Shown here: piece by piece, positions 51,079 through 64,000 of the stretch
How the letters are laid out: every line of letters starts with the position of its first letter
Position numbering within the stretch: position 1 is the first letter of the stretch
NCBI GenBank assembly: GCA_964057225.1
Contig: OZ059895.1
Coordinates: 15,128,001 to 15,192,000, forward strand
Direction of reading: 5' to 3'
Source of the DNA: Auanema rhodensis
Taxonomy: Eukaryota > Animalia > Nematoda
Length of the DNA: 64,000 bases
Made by a program: the position numbers and the translations under genes
Notes under the pieces: model-generated
What the model was told of the DNA's origin: nothing
Seen by the model: only the letters and a program-made list of their open reading frames with translations
Database searches by the model: none

Positions 51079-52235
51079 GTTCCCACATTTTCAAAGAAGA
51101 AGAAGAAGCAACCGACGACATACACATACATACATACACAAGAGAAGAACTTGATTAGTTCTCTTATATATTTCTCTTGTTTACTATATATTTTAAAGTG
51201 TAAACATCTTCTTAAATAGTTAATCAATCAAAATCATCACATATCTATCAGTACTGCAACAAGTTGCTACTCTTTTATCTTTCGTTAACTTCATTTCCAT
51301 CTATTTCTTCTAATATATTCTCAGCTGAACTCATAATTTTCTTCTCAGATTTGAGCTTTTCCTTCATTTTCTTAACATGTTCCGTTGTATTTTAACCAAA
51401 AATTGCTGTTCGCTGTACTCCTTCTGAGCTTTGAGCTCTGGATTTTCTATTATTCTTCTTCTATTTATGGTTTTGCTGTTGTATGATGTGTTTTTTTTTC
51501 AATTTTCGTTATAGTCTCTGTGTGCTTTAGCAGTATCTACATAGGGTGATTTGGCTTTGTTTTCTCCTCCTCCTCCCCCCCCCCCTCTCTCTCTCTTTCC
51601 AACTGATCGCTTCTACTTCTCTCCCTCCATTCCACTACTTTCCCTCTCCTGTTACCTTGCAATCCTTCGGTCTTATCCTCTTTTCAAACTATGGCAGTCA
51701 TTTCAGTTATTTCAACACTCAAAATGGAAAAATGCGATGCTTCTTAAGTCTTATAACGAGGGTTTTTTAACCTCTTTACTCTTTCTATCCATACCCTCCT
51801 TATCCCTTTTCCATCCTCTCATTGCTGTGGTCATTTTTATGAAATTCTCTCCCAAATACTACGCAATACATAGAGGGACAGACAAGTCAGCGTATGAGAG
51901 AAGCCACACGAAGAGGAAGAACAAGAGACTGAGGATAATGTCCCTGAAGAAGTTATGCATTTGCTCACACATCTTTTCGGTCAAATACTACGTTTTTGCG
52001 ACAAAAATGAGACGTCGTCTTGACATGCTTTACTCAGTTCTTTTCGTTTCTCTCACCCTGTTACTCTGCTTAATTTCTCCATTTTTCTATTAATTTACAT
52101 GCTTCTCCTTCATTTTTTTACAATATTTTGTTATTTGTCCCTTCTTCTATTCTTCGTTTCATTTATTAATTTCGTTACTTCTTTCATCTTGGATTATTTG
52201 AAGTCGATCGTTCAAGCACAAAAATGCCGTGAATA

Positions 52236-53951
52236 ATGATTTTTCCAACTGGATTCACATCATCTTACTATATTATCTATTATATTTTACTATTTGTACC
52301 TAATATTCTGTCTATTAATGCTAAATGTCCTGATCAATGTGAATGCGAGGAAACGGAAAAAACGGTTTGTGCTCTTCAATATTTCACAGAAAAACACGAA
52401 AGGTTGAGAGAACAACAAGAAGCAGCAACAGCTGAATGCCTGCTTGCTTGCTTGCTTGTCTGCTTGTAGTAGCGACAAGCATTTGCATGCTTCTTAATCG
52501 TCGCATTTGCTATTCTCTACTTCTCTCTTACTCATTTCCTTGAGCTCTCTGCTCCAAAAAGAGGAAAGGAATTCACGACTTCAACTTCATCCGCAGACGT
52601 TTCTGAGATTGTCGGAGAAACAATCAAGCTGTAAGATTCAGAAGTCGACTATGAGCACCTTATATACAGCATAGGTTAAGAATCAAACAACCTGAGAATA
52701 GATAATGGCTCTCATGTCCTTTCATACACGAAATTCTCACTTTCTTCAACACATTTCTGGCACACACTACTTGTTGACCAACTTATAAACTAGAGCTTAA
52801 GCTTTTCAAGTTGGAAGAAGCATATGTGTACGTGCTAGCAGTGAATGTGCATATTGTTTATAAGCCACAATATCCATCTGAAGCATTTTTCGTCGTCATC
52901 AAAGCTTATAAATTATTTCTTAAAAAAAAGAACGTTGTCTAATTAAAAACTTTAGTTACAGCATTTCAAGCTGCTTAGCCGCCTATTATGCATAGTTAAT
53001 AATATTTTTTTCCATTTCATTGCGTAATGTTTATGAAAAATTTAGAAATTTGATGATTTTCTTCGAACTACACACATACAACATCTATATGTATATCTGA
53101 GAGCATAAAAGCAGCTAAATTTGAACTTTTTTTGAGCAAAAATGGCTTCAAGACTGATGCTGCTGCTGTTTCAAAAGCCTTGTGATTAGCTTTCTCTATT
53201 AAACGGAACCGGAAAACGGCCACGAAAAATCATCATCAGCCGTTTCAGCCTTGTGGTTTTTCCGATTCCATTTTCTAAGATTAAAATATAACAAATTAAT
53301 CCTTAACTTTAGCATTTGTTCGTTTTTCTATTCTCAAAATTTCATTAAAAAAGCCGAAAAAAAGCGATGAACTAAGCTTCACTACTAGTAAGGCGCAGCA
53401 GCCCCGCCATTCATCTGTCTGGTACTATGTATGTATATGGTCAATGGCGTTGACGTCAAATAACATGCTTAAGGCTATTGCTCTTCTAAGCTGTAAGCTG
53501 TAAGCAAGCTTATTTGCTTTTTGATGTTTCTTTTTGAAATGTGATTGAAAGAGGAAAATAAAACAAAAAAAGAGGATAAGAGATAGAAGATTCGTGTTTT
53601 AATTTTTGTTTTATGTCAGGTGACATGTGGTGGTATGTTGATTCTAACATTTCCCGATGTTCTGCCATCAGGTTAGAGAATTTTTTTCAATTTTTGTCAA
53701 GAAAATACATCAAATTATCATTTTAATGTTTAGGATATGATGTATTACTAATGAGAAATACAAGTATACGGTCAATTCCAAAGAATTCGTTTCGTCGAAT
53801 GGAAGACCTAAGAGAGCTTAGGATTGAAAATGCTGAGCAACTTGACCAAATTGAAAAGTTTGCATTTAAAGGTCTAAAACATATTAGGTTTGTTTGTTTT
53901 TTTATTAAAGAAATTAATATAAATCTTCGGAAGAAGAGAGAGAAAGGGAGG

Positions 53952-54039
<88 letters not shown>

Positions 54040-54452
54040 CTGGCCAAGGGGTACAAGAACTGAAATTATATGATTGTTAGTATGTAAACCAAAAGAAAGA
54101 AAACAATTATTTACAAATAGAAAGTCAAAATTATTATTTTGGTCAAGAAAAATGTCAGTTGCTATTGATTAACATCCTTTATGAAGCTGAAAAAAAAGTT
54201 GAAAAAGCGGAAATATGCTTGAATGATAATCAGCAAAAAAAATATTTTTCCCTCAAAATTGTTATGCTAACTTGGGTAAAATAAAGCAAAAATCGGCTTG
54301 TAGCATGAAAAGTTGTCAGAACACTTGACCAGATTAAGTAATTTAATCCAAAATCTCCGATTTTTAAGCAGAAAAATAGAAAAAACTGTGTTTGTTATGA
54401 TCAAATTGAAGAAGACACAAGAGTCATCAGGGGGATGGGGATGTTAAATAGG

Positions 54453-54526
<74 letters not shown>

Positions 54527-57475
54527 ATGCTAGATAAGGCTCACATGGCTCATTGAACTCAAAATTCTAAATGAAACATCAATTAGAATTATTAGACAAT
54601 TAAAGAAAATATGAGAAATTATCGAATCCATATATGTATAAATGAATTATTAAATTGAATAAAAATCTAATTTTAGGGTCATAAGCTTTATGAATTGCCC
54701 TCGTTTGAATGAAATTAGTAAGGGAGCTTTCTCTGGAATTTCCAACAAACAAGGCTTGAAAATCTTATTTCATGAAACTCCTATTCAACGAATACATGGT
54801 GGAGCTTTCAGGTATGACGATTCCATGAGTCATGAAGCTCACATTGACGAGAATTTGATTTCAGGCACGCCAGTAACATACGAGAACTATCCATATCAGG
54901 TAGTGAGCTTGCACTATCACGACATGCCTTCGCATCAATTACTCAAGTAAGTTGCAGCATTTTATTCACAAATTAAAGCATTTTCTCAAATTTTGCAGCT
55001 TGATTTCCTGACGTTAAGTGGAGTTGTTCTTGCTGAACCTCAACTGTTCACTAACTCATCTCGTTTTCATATAATTCACATTAAAGAATCACAATTTGAA
55101 TTAACGCCAAAGACATTTGAGGGATTAGCTCATGTGCATCAGGTAAAGCTTGCTTAATCTCTACCTTGTTCATCACACAAATTTTCCCAAAATCAATTAA
55201 GTTTCACCTCATTAGCGTAGTAGCTATAACGGTTGGCAAAGCAGGCGGAATTGTCACACATAACCGAAAAATCCATTAATCTTCTCTCCGCATATGCTCC
55301 AAGTTCATCTTCAATGATGCTGAGCTTACATGACATATGTCTCAAAACCTGATCTATTATCACAAACTTTTCCAACTTGTTGTGAATGGATGGAATTGAA
55401 ATGCTGAATGAGAATGAAGTTCTAAGCTTAGCAAGGGATACAGTCAGACGAAAAACAGATCCTGCGCTATAGCTTTCGATTGCCATCAGCTTGAACAACC
55501 TGAACAACTTACTTTCATTGCCATCATCATTATCAGCTATTCTACTCTTCATATGTTGATCATCTGTCAAATAAACGTCAATCTGACGAGAAATGACCGA
55601 TGTTCTTCTGAATATTGACGTTGTAATTTCATTGTCGATGTGTGGCTATCGACAGCCACAAATCAAACGATTAAATCTTTACGAGACACATCAAAACGAT
55701 TTTTAATTATCTCACTGCTTCATATCTCACCTCTTCTAATCTTACACTTCTGAACTATTTCGGGGAGAAAAGAAATTTGAAACTGTTCCACGAGTGTTAA
55801 ACGTTGACAACATCGCCATGCATTCTCGTAATCATGAGTTCAACTTCTTGAAACTTATTTTAAGTTTTCAAGTTGCTGCCTTGTAACTCTGATATCTTAG
55901 ACCTGACAGGCGCAACGTGCATTTCTAACTTGAAACCTAGAAAAATATCAAAAAAACTTTCTGAATTGATTCTAGGTATGACTGAAAATTCGTCCAAAGC
56001 TGTTAGAAGCAGTTGTTAAACGAAACATAAAACCCACCCGTCCAGCTTTTTGGCTCAATTTCACTTTGAAATGGCCGACAAGTGAGAAGCAACTTGAATT
56101 TTCTAATAAAATCTAAAACTTAGTTAAAAACTTGAAGAAAATGAGCAAAGGGATGATAGGTACAGCTCAAAATTTAAAAAAAAATGAGGAATTCCCATCA
56201 AAGCAAAGAAGAACGTGACAGGTTTAACGCCATTTGCTCAGAAAATAGTGGAGAGAGGAGTAACATTTCCTAATTTTAGAGGTGAACTAGAAGATCTTAT
56301 GACGTCCAAGTATAAGGGGATTAATTGAATTCTTCATTATTATGAATTTTCTCTCAACAAATTACAAAAGATTTCAAAATTAATTGAAGAAATACAATGA
56401 AAAATTTTTTTTCAGATACTCATTCAACGATGTAAAATCGCAAATATCGCTAGTGGAGCTTTTGATGGCTTACATACTGTAGAAACTATAGAATTATTTG
56501 ATAATCAAATCAACATGTTAGCTGCTCGAGCTTTCACCGGTGAGTAAGTATTCAGATGTGAAGGCTGGCTAGTTAGTCCGTACTCAGTTAACTCGGGAAT
56601 TTCAAGAATTCCCTCACAATCAAACGTTTTGGATGTTACGTATTATGAATATTTTCGGAACATAAATGATTTTTTTTTACTGAAAAATACTAATTTTGAC
56701 TAAACGTTGTCCGGTTAAAACGAAAACTTCCGTTTATTTACAAAATTATGAAACTAGGTTCCTCAATAGGTCCGAACGCTTTTGAATGTTCCACCCCTGC
56801 TTGATTCATCACGATGTATTGTCTCTAATGTGGGTATCATTGTAGGAGTTGTGAATCTGGGACGTCTTCGGATAGCTCGTAATATGATTAAGAACCTTGA
56901 AACAACTGAAAGCATACTATCGGATGCTGTTCAAACACGATTCGAAGAGAATACTGTAGAATGCGGATGTCATATCAAATGGATGCAGGCACATCCGGTA
57001 AGTAATTGAGCTGACAACAAAGATAATTCATCTTTACACATCTCATTATAGGATCGCAACTTGTTAGATTCCAATTATTGTGGCTCATCAGGAGTTTATC
57101 GGTCAATTCACACATTTCTTAAACATCATTGTGAAAATAATTATACTTCTAGGTTAGTACATATACTCATATAGTGCTTGAAACTGTAGTTTATGCCATC
57201 AAATATATCCTAAACTTGACTTTCAACTTGAGCAGCATATCTCAAGTTGGAATAAAACCAAAGCTTCTAATACCCTCGTGGCAGAAACAACAATGTTACT
57301 CTCAAACTCTTCAAATGCAAATAAGCATTTCAAGCTTATTCAACTTACTTTCAGGAGTGTTAATGCACAATCATCATCTCGGGTTCAAAATAATCAAAAT
57401 AAGGAACAAAATAGTGGAATATCTGCAGGAATATCACTGCTCGTTTGGGCCATTTGTTACATTTTGATGTTCTGA
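52236..57475 (+). CDS. Extracellular leucine-rich repeat protein (lron-like), probably GPI-anchored
   Basis: Signal peptide, LRRNT CPDQCEC...VTC, repeats such as IRSIPKNSFRRMEDLRELRI and IANIASGAFDGLHTVETIELFDNQI, LRRCT ENTVECGCHIKW, and a hydrophobic C-terminus without a cytoplasmic tail. Confidence 0.88.
53956..54037. repeat. (GA)n microsatellite in an LRR gene intron
   Basis: Directly visible. Confidence 0.95.
55193..55570 (-). CDS. Possible nested antisense exon(s) in an LRR gene intron
   Basis: 125-codon non-repetitive open frame; no family recognised. Confidence 0.3.
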   Translation of the reverse strand: MTDDQHMKSRIADNDDGNESKLFRLFKLMAIESYSAGSVFRLTVSLAKLRTSFSFSISIPSIHNKLEKFVIIDQVLRHMSCKLSIIEDELGAYAERRLMDFSVMCDNSACFANRYSYYANEVKLN

Positions 57476-58057
57476 TTCTAAGAACTCCTTACTTCCATCC
57501 CTATACCTCATACCATCTTCAGTTTTCGGTGCCTTTTACATTTGTTTTTCTTTTCTTCTTATTGTCCTCTCCCAAAATATTTTTATAGTCTTTCATCCAT
57601 CCATACTCGCATCAGAATCTCCTTCCCCTTGTTGTGATATAAATTATTTGAATATTGTTTGACCAATTCATACACATTATATATATGTATGTAAGAACTA
57701 TATCAAATATCTTTTACAAACTTTGTTATCAAATTTTCTTGAAATTTTTCCAATTAAATGATTAATTATGCCAAATAAAACATTTATAGTCTCATATGTA
57801 TAAGAAATCCAATGTATTATGCTAATGAACCAGCACATGTTGCGTGATAACTGCGTCACCAATTTTCATTTTCATTGTTTTCAAGTATACGAGCGGTTGC
57901 ATTCAAATACTACCTTTGTAGATTAAAAACAAGAGGGACTTCAGACAAAAATTAAGAAAGAACGGTTTAATAAGACGGTTTCATTGTAGGAAATAACATT
58001 TCAACAAGTAACAATTTTTTGATAACAATAATAACGAAACAAATTAAACAATAACAA

Positions 58058-61000
58058 CTAAAATTGAATATCTTTCATTTCTTTCTGACTCAACCTTCCT
58101 CTCTTCATTTTTCTCAGAAGTCTGACATCACTGTCGAAATCATCCTTTTCTAATTTTTCTTCTTTTTCTATCTTTCGTTTCTTAGATTTTTCAGTCTGTA
58201 ATTTCAATTTTAATATTTAAACATAATTTCTTGCGGACAAACCTTAGCTTCTTCTGCTTTTTCTTCCTTCGTTAACTTTTTAACAGGTCCCTTATGCTTA
58301 TTCATTCTTCTTTCTTTCTCAAGCTTATCTTTAGCCTTTTGTTTCATTGTGGCAACTCTCTTAGCATGTTTATCTTTCATAATCTTAAACAGATAGATTT
58401 CATGCATTCAATATACGAAAAAACTAACTTTATCTCTGTTTTTCTCCAGGTTGGGGTTAGCATAAGAAATTTTCGAGGTATCAACATCACTTCGTTCAAA
58501 CTTATCTAAATCTGTTCTACCGGAAAGTTCTCTCATTTTGGGCAGACGTAAAATTCCATAACAATGGGCAATACCAGGAACATCAAGTTCTAATGATGAT
58601 ACGGTTATATGCAGAAAAACAGAAGGAAGTTATACCTTTTAATCCACAAACAACATTACTGTCATGCTTCACATATGATTCTAAATGACATACAAAAGCT
58701 CTTGAACCTTGTTCGAGTAATTCTCTGAAAGAATCAGAGTTTTAAAATATATAAGAACATTGATAGAACCTGTCAGCACAAGCCATCTTGATAATCTTTT
58801 CTCGGAGTTGCTTAGCCTTTTCAGTGCTATTAGTAGGAACTTTAATTTCTTTTAGAGTAACCTGTAATTCAACCACTTTAACCAATTAAAAACCTTAACC
58901 GTTACCTGTTCATGCTGAGTTAAGAAGTTAACATAAGCTGTTTGTTGTGGAGTTAAAACTAAGAGAGCATTTCCTTCTCTTCCATTTCTTCCTGTTCTTC
59001 CAGCACGATGAATGAACCAGCTGAAATTGAATTTAAATATTTTCAAAAAAATAATTCAAAGATACCTGGATACTTTAGGAATTTCAAATTGAATTACCCA
59101 GTCGATGTCTTCAATGTCAATTCCTCTAGACATAACATCAGTAGATAACATGACGCCATTTTGATCTTTTCGGAATCCAGCGATCTACAGAGAGAAAAGG
59201 TTTATAAAATAGAAAAACTAATAAAGAAACCTCATCAGTTCTCTGTTTAAGACTGCTTTTTCCATGAACAGAATAAAGTTTTCTCTTCAGTTTAACATGT
59301 TCCAAAATCTAAAATAATATGAATTCGTGTGAATCAACGCAAAATATGAATGAAACATACATTTCTGAAATATCTTACAACAGTACAAGATGGGAAAAAT
59401 ACTAAGATCTTCTGTTCCGGCTTGCTACGAATGAATTCAATAGCGCACATCAATTTTTCAGCAGCTTCACAAACCTGAAGAAATACTGTCAATCTATTTT
59501 TGAAATTTCTGAAACTTACTGTATAGTAATTGCTTAAAGCTACTGGTGCTACAGTTTCAGCATTTTCTCTAAGTTTGATAGTTTTAGCATTTCTCAATCC
59601 AAATACAACCAAATCTTGTTTTTCTTTTGCCTAAAAAACACATTTATTAAAATTAAAACTTAAAATAATTACTTGGGTAGCAGAGAAAAGGCCAGTTCTC
59701 CTTTGTTTGGGAATAGCATTTAAGATTTCTTTGATACTGTAACAAGAAAATAATCTCATATCAATGCTTCTGATCACTTACTGAACTTCAAATTGACTCT
59801 CACTGAATCTATCAGCTTCATCAGCAATCAATACTTCTACGCTTTTTAAATTTCTTCGAATCTTATCATCTTTATCCAGTTGAAGCATCTGATATAATCT
59901 TCCTGGAGTAGCAATCAAGATATTTCCACTAAAATCACGATCATAAATTTAAAAATAGCATGTATCACTACATACCCGGACTTCTTTAGCCTCTTCATGT
60001 TAACATCAATCTTTGTGCCTCCGATAGCAGTAGCAATGGTATATCCTAATTCAGCTGCAAATGGAGCAGCAACCTGAATATCAATCAATTCTTCATTATA
60101 CTTATTCCGTCAATATCTTACATTAGCTATTTGTGTGGCTAATTCCCTAGATGGTGTGATGATAAGTCCTCCAATATCATCTTTTCCCAACTGAAACTCA
60201 TTTATCTTGGAAAAAAGTTCAAGAAACAACAAAATACCTTAGTTTTAGTTTTCAAAAGAGTGAACAATGGTAAGAGAAATGCTAATGTTTTTCCTGATCC
60301 TGTAGGAGATTCAACAATAACATCATTAAACGATAGAAGCTGTACTCCGGCTTTAATCTGAAAGTTATTTCTTCATACAGAGTCGCGTATATTTTGACTC
60401 AGAAGCCTGAGTGCTTGGCGGAACTCGTGCTCTGTTTGCACCCCAGCTGCTACACAGCAATATCGATCTCCCCCACTTCGGCTTTATCCTTTCTCTCTAC
60501 TTATGTATTGTTTAGTAATTTGAAATTATTTTGATGATAAATTGAAAATTATCGAATTGTTTTAAAATATTTCGTAAATTTTCGTAAACATTTGTCTATT
60601 AGAAATTATTGAATTTCATATATTAATTTAGATGAATACTGAAAATCCACAATGGGGTGATTATTACTATCAACATAAACGACCAAAAGGTAGAACAGCT
60701 TGGGTTTTGGAAATGATTAATCATGTTAATAACAACGTTCCAAGATTCAATGATATTTTTGATGAGGTAAACACCACAACAATTTTCTCATTTACAGTAT
60801 ATTTAGGAAACATTCTACGTTTTTGCCATTTTAGTTGTATTTATGTCAGTCTTAACAGCTATATTCTTATCACGAGTAGTTGGAATTAAGATTAAAGAAC
60901 ATGACATAACTATAAACAGAGATTGGGGAGAGCCTAGACCAGCTGGTATATTTTCATTCCCGTGGAAAAGTAAAAAAGAGTAGCATAGTTCTGTTGTTTC

Positions 61001-61169
61001 AAATTGTAAATAAAACTTTTTTGTTTCAATAAACATGCATAAAGCTTAGAAACAACAATATACTAACCTGTACATTAGTAAATTCCGAATAAGATTTCTT
61101 AAAAACTTTGAGAACACCTTCGTGTAAAAGTTTACTGTATGCTTGTGATTCCTTTGAAGCCACTGTCAT
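58058..61169 (-). CDS. DDX55: DEAD-box RNA helicase DDX55/Spb4
   Basis: Q motif FTNVQ|IKAG, SPTGSGKT, PSRELATQI, ATPGR, DEAD, PKQRRTGLFSAT, TDVMSRGIDI, HRAGRTGR, GSRAFVCHLESYVKHD, and a K/E-rich tail. Confidence 0.93.
60397..60490. ncRNA. Candidate intronic structured RNA with C/D-like ends on the - strand
   Basis: GC-rich fold-back; the - strand reads AGGATA-AAGCC...GGCTT-CTGA. Confidence 0.3.
60632..60983 (+). CDS. Small single-pass membrane protein (103 aa) nested antisense in DDX55 intron 1
   Basis: Exons 60632-60766 and 60807-60983 (40-nt GT-AG intron) give MNTENPQWGDYYYQHKRPKGRTAWVLEMINHVNNNVPRFNDIFDE|ETFYVFAILVVFMSVLTAIFLSRVVGIKIKEHD...FPWKSKKE*. Confidence 0.8.
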
Positions 61170-62840
61170 GATCTGAAAACTTAAAATGATAAATATAATC
61201 TTTAACAAGCCATACATAGATTGATAATTAAAAACTAAAAATAATAATAATTCATTACAAGCATTACGTTATGTTTCAATTCTTTTCAAAAAATTTCACA
61301 AAAGTTTCAATCAGCAAAGACTACGCAACAGTGTTGTAAACAGCATGCATTGATAAAAAATCTGTCTAGATTCAGTGAGGTCTGCAGGCTGTTGGTAATT
61401 TGAAGAAATTTATAGCTTGTTAAGTAGGAACACATTAAACTCATTTTGCCATTATATAATTGCTATATAATTCTGATAATTCAACCGCTCTTTGCTAATG
61501 TTTTGTTAAAAATAAAATTGTAAATACGTGAAAAAACGTGAAAAAGCTTGAGTTTCAGGTATTGTTTATGATAAGATGAGAAGAACTTTTGAGAATGTTA
61601 AAACTAAAAAAAGGCTTTTGCTATGTGCAAAATAAAATTTTTCTGGATTACTACATCGTACTTTACGTCCATGTTCATGCTATGTAATATAATCCAAATA
61701 TTATCTCTGAACTTTCAAATATGATGTTGTAAGATTAACTATTTGACCCCTAGTTTCACGTAAATCAGATAGTTTGAAGTTATTCTGTCTGGTTCAAAAA
61801 GTTTAAGCTGAGGTCAAAGTAAGGTGGCGCTTGTCATGAGAGTATATAAAGAGCTAACGAGCTGCTTGACAAGAGAACAACTAACTGGCTCTTAACCTTA
61901 TGTCATTTTCATCTTTTGTACAAAAAAAAACGTACAGCTGTTGAATATCATAAGCTTTCAATGTTTTTTCTTTTTGAAATTAAATTAATCAGAAGAAGAT
62001 ACAATTCTTTTTCTTTGAATAGTATGTAACATTTCCAACTCCGTTATCACAGCCTGAATTTTTCTATGGCTTTACAGAATGGATAGAGCATTCCTATTCG
62101 CACTATGACAATTAATTCTGAATCAGATTTTTTTTGCTTCAAGATTACATCATCATGTTAAAAATACATTTTTTTCAGTCAAATTCTATCTTCTTCCTCA
62201 ATTAATCTCATTTTTTGTCTATCTTACCGCCACTGTGCTGAATTTGAACGCTGTAATGGGAGGGACAAGCTGAGAAGACTGAGAGCTTGTGAGAAGAGTA
62301 TGCCGAGCACTAGTTCTGCTGCTGGCTTGACTACTTTTTCATACTCAAAAAACTTCTTTTAAACTTCCGCTCAGCATTTTTTATTGCAAATGTTCGTTTA
62401 AAAGTTTAAAGAAGTTGTTGAAATTATGTTTTCGTGCTCATAATTCTATGAAATTGCTTTCTTGCACTCTGTAGTTTTCCCATTTACTGCAAAATCCAGG
62501 AGATGGTTTGTATCGTTTATTCTGACTTCTGACTTCTCCTTTTCGTCTTTTCTCGTTGTCTCCTATCTCTCCAGAATACCTTTTCTTCATTCTCTAAGCA
62601 TAAGTGCACCAAATGCTAATTAAGTTTTAACAGTTTTTAGTGAAATAGTCGAATAACTTTACACATTTTGCCAATTAGTTTTTCAAAGACGCACACTAGT
62701 TTTCTTGTTGTTGTAGCTGACGTCTCTCCCTAAGCATACTGCTCCAGCAAAACCATCTGTATTAGGCTTTTCCTCACTTTACTCTTGAATTATCGTTCTC
62801 ATAATCCGATAATAATATCTCATTTTCATAGAGGGTAATC

Positions 62841-63388
62841 ATGACTTGTGGGACACTACGTCGTTCATCAACACTCAACGACACAACTCTGCTACCAAAT
62901 TATAAAAAATTTGAATTAAAACATGATCTCAACGACAATCGGGTAATTACTAAAGTAATTTAGTTTGGCTTCTTTTTTTTTCAAATTTCAGTTAATATTA
63001 AGTGTGTTAATGCTTTTGTGTGTGATTTTGGAGTGTGCATCTATTCAGTTTTGCTTCAAATTCTTTTTTTTTTTGGCTAATTTTCTCTTTTCTAACAAAT
63101 CTTCAATTTCAGGTAGCTGACGAAGAAAAACTTGAAAAGATAGTTGAAGAACGATGCTTTGCTTGGTCTTGGCCTTTTTGTACCGAAGGTAAGAGTCTGA
63201 TCTTATATTCCAAAACTTTTTTTCGAATTTTTTGAACTTCACTTGAAGATGTAATAATGTTTGAAAGAATTATCTATAATGCTCAAGTTTTTCATCTTTA
63301 AAGGTCTGGCTCATGGAGCTTACACAAGAGAAAAATTCATCGTATGTCTACCATTCAACAAAGGAGGAACAGGAGATAAGAACGGAAC
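62841..63388 (+). CDS. Possible spliced gene of unknown function; 3' end unresolved
   Basis: Three exon-like blocks join in phase: MTCGTLRRSS...LNDNR|VADEEKLEKIVEERCFAWSWPFCTEG|LAHGAYTREKF. Alternative frames exist. Confidence 0.3.
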
Positions 63389-64000
63389 GGTTTGTAAAGT
63401 TTAAAGCTTTTCCTTGAACCTTGAAAGAGAGGACTTCCTTCTTCAATATGCTTGCACGTAGATGAACGAGGCCGCGTGAAATATGTGATCTCGTAGAACT
63501 TCAGAGAGATATTTCCAATTGTCTTCAATCTTTTCACGTAATCGGACTCGGCTTTCTCTTATAGTTTGTAGTAGAATCTTCTTTTGAATTGACAGCTGAC
63601 AGACAATATCAGGATTACTTTTGTCTTGACTGATGACGTTGTGTAATATTGAGGAAGAATATATTGTGAATAGCATGATAGAGAGAGAGTAAAAGGAAAA
63701 GAGGAAGAGAGAAAGAATGAGAGAGAAAATATCTAAGGAGTTTTGAAACGAATGAGGTGCTAAGCCATCCGAGTGCCTATCCAATTTCTGAACTAAAGTT
63801 TCAATGTAAATATACATCTTGTAAACTAATAATTCGCCGAAAGCTTTATACATCCGGAAAATGTCTATTATTGGCACACTTTTCTTCAGGTTATATAGAT
63901 CTAAAACACTTGGATAAACAAGAAAACCAACCTAACAACATGCTCCATCATCTTTTAACTTGGTCGAGGGTGTGAGATATCAAGTTCAAGATAAAAACCT

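Noticed and set aside
61811-61850. AGGTCA half-site plus TATATAAA promoter
   Set aside because: Short motifs common in AT-rich DNA, with no firm downstream gene model.

Overview
AT-rich, gene-dense eukaryotic DNA from a rhabditid (clade V-like) nematode; the species cannot be determined from the sequence. Genes are split by many very short (about 40-55 nt) GT-AG introns, so the ORF track shows only exon fragments; gene models below were spliced by hand. In order: dat-1 dopamine transporter (-, cut by window start), saeg-2/DNTTIP1 (-), MOLO-1-family TPM protein (-), a nematode nuclear receptor (+), a small secreted EB/Kunitz-like protein (+), ICT1/MRPL58 (+), a cyclin G/I-like gene (+), an unknown gene built from tandem 57-nt repeat exons (+), unc-47 VGAT (+), FAM32A (-), vps-53 (+), a C2H2 zinc-finger gene (+), peroxisomal Lon (+), an extracellular LRR protein (+) and DDX55 (-). 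DDX55 intron 1 hosts an antisense small membrane-protein gene and a GC-rich fold-back element. The best unexplained signals are the one-repeat-per-exon cassette, a multi-stem RNA-like element at 41.3 kb, the contents of the DDX55 intron, and dispersed CACGT arrays with 10.7-12 bp periodicity. No CRISPR array, tRNA, rRNA or intact transposon was recognised, and no clearly novel multi-gene system could be demonstrated.
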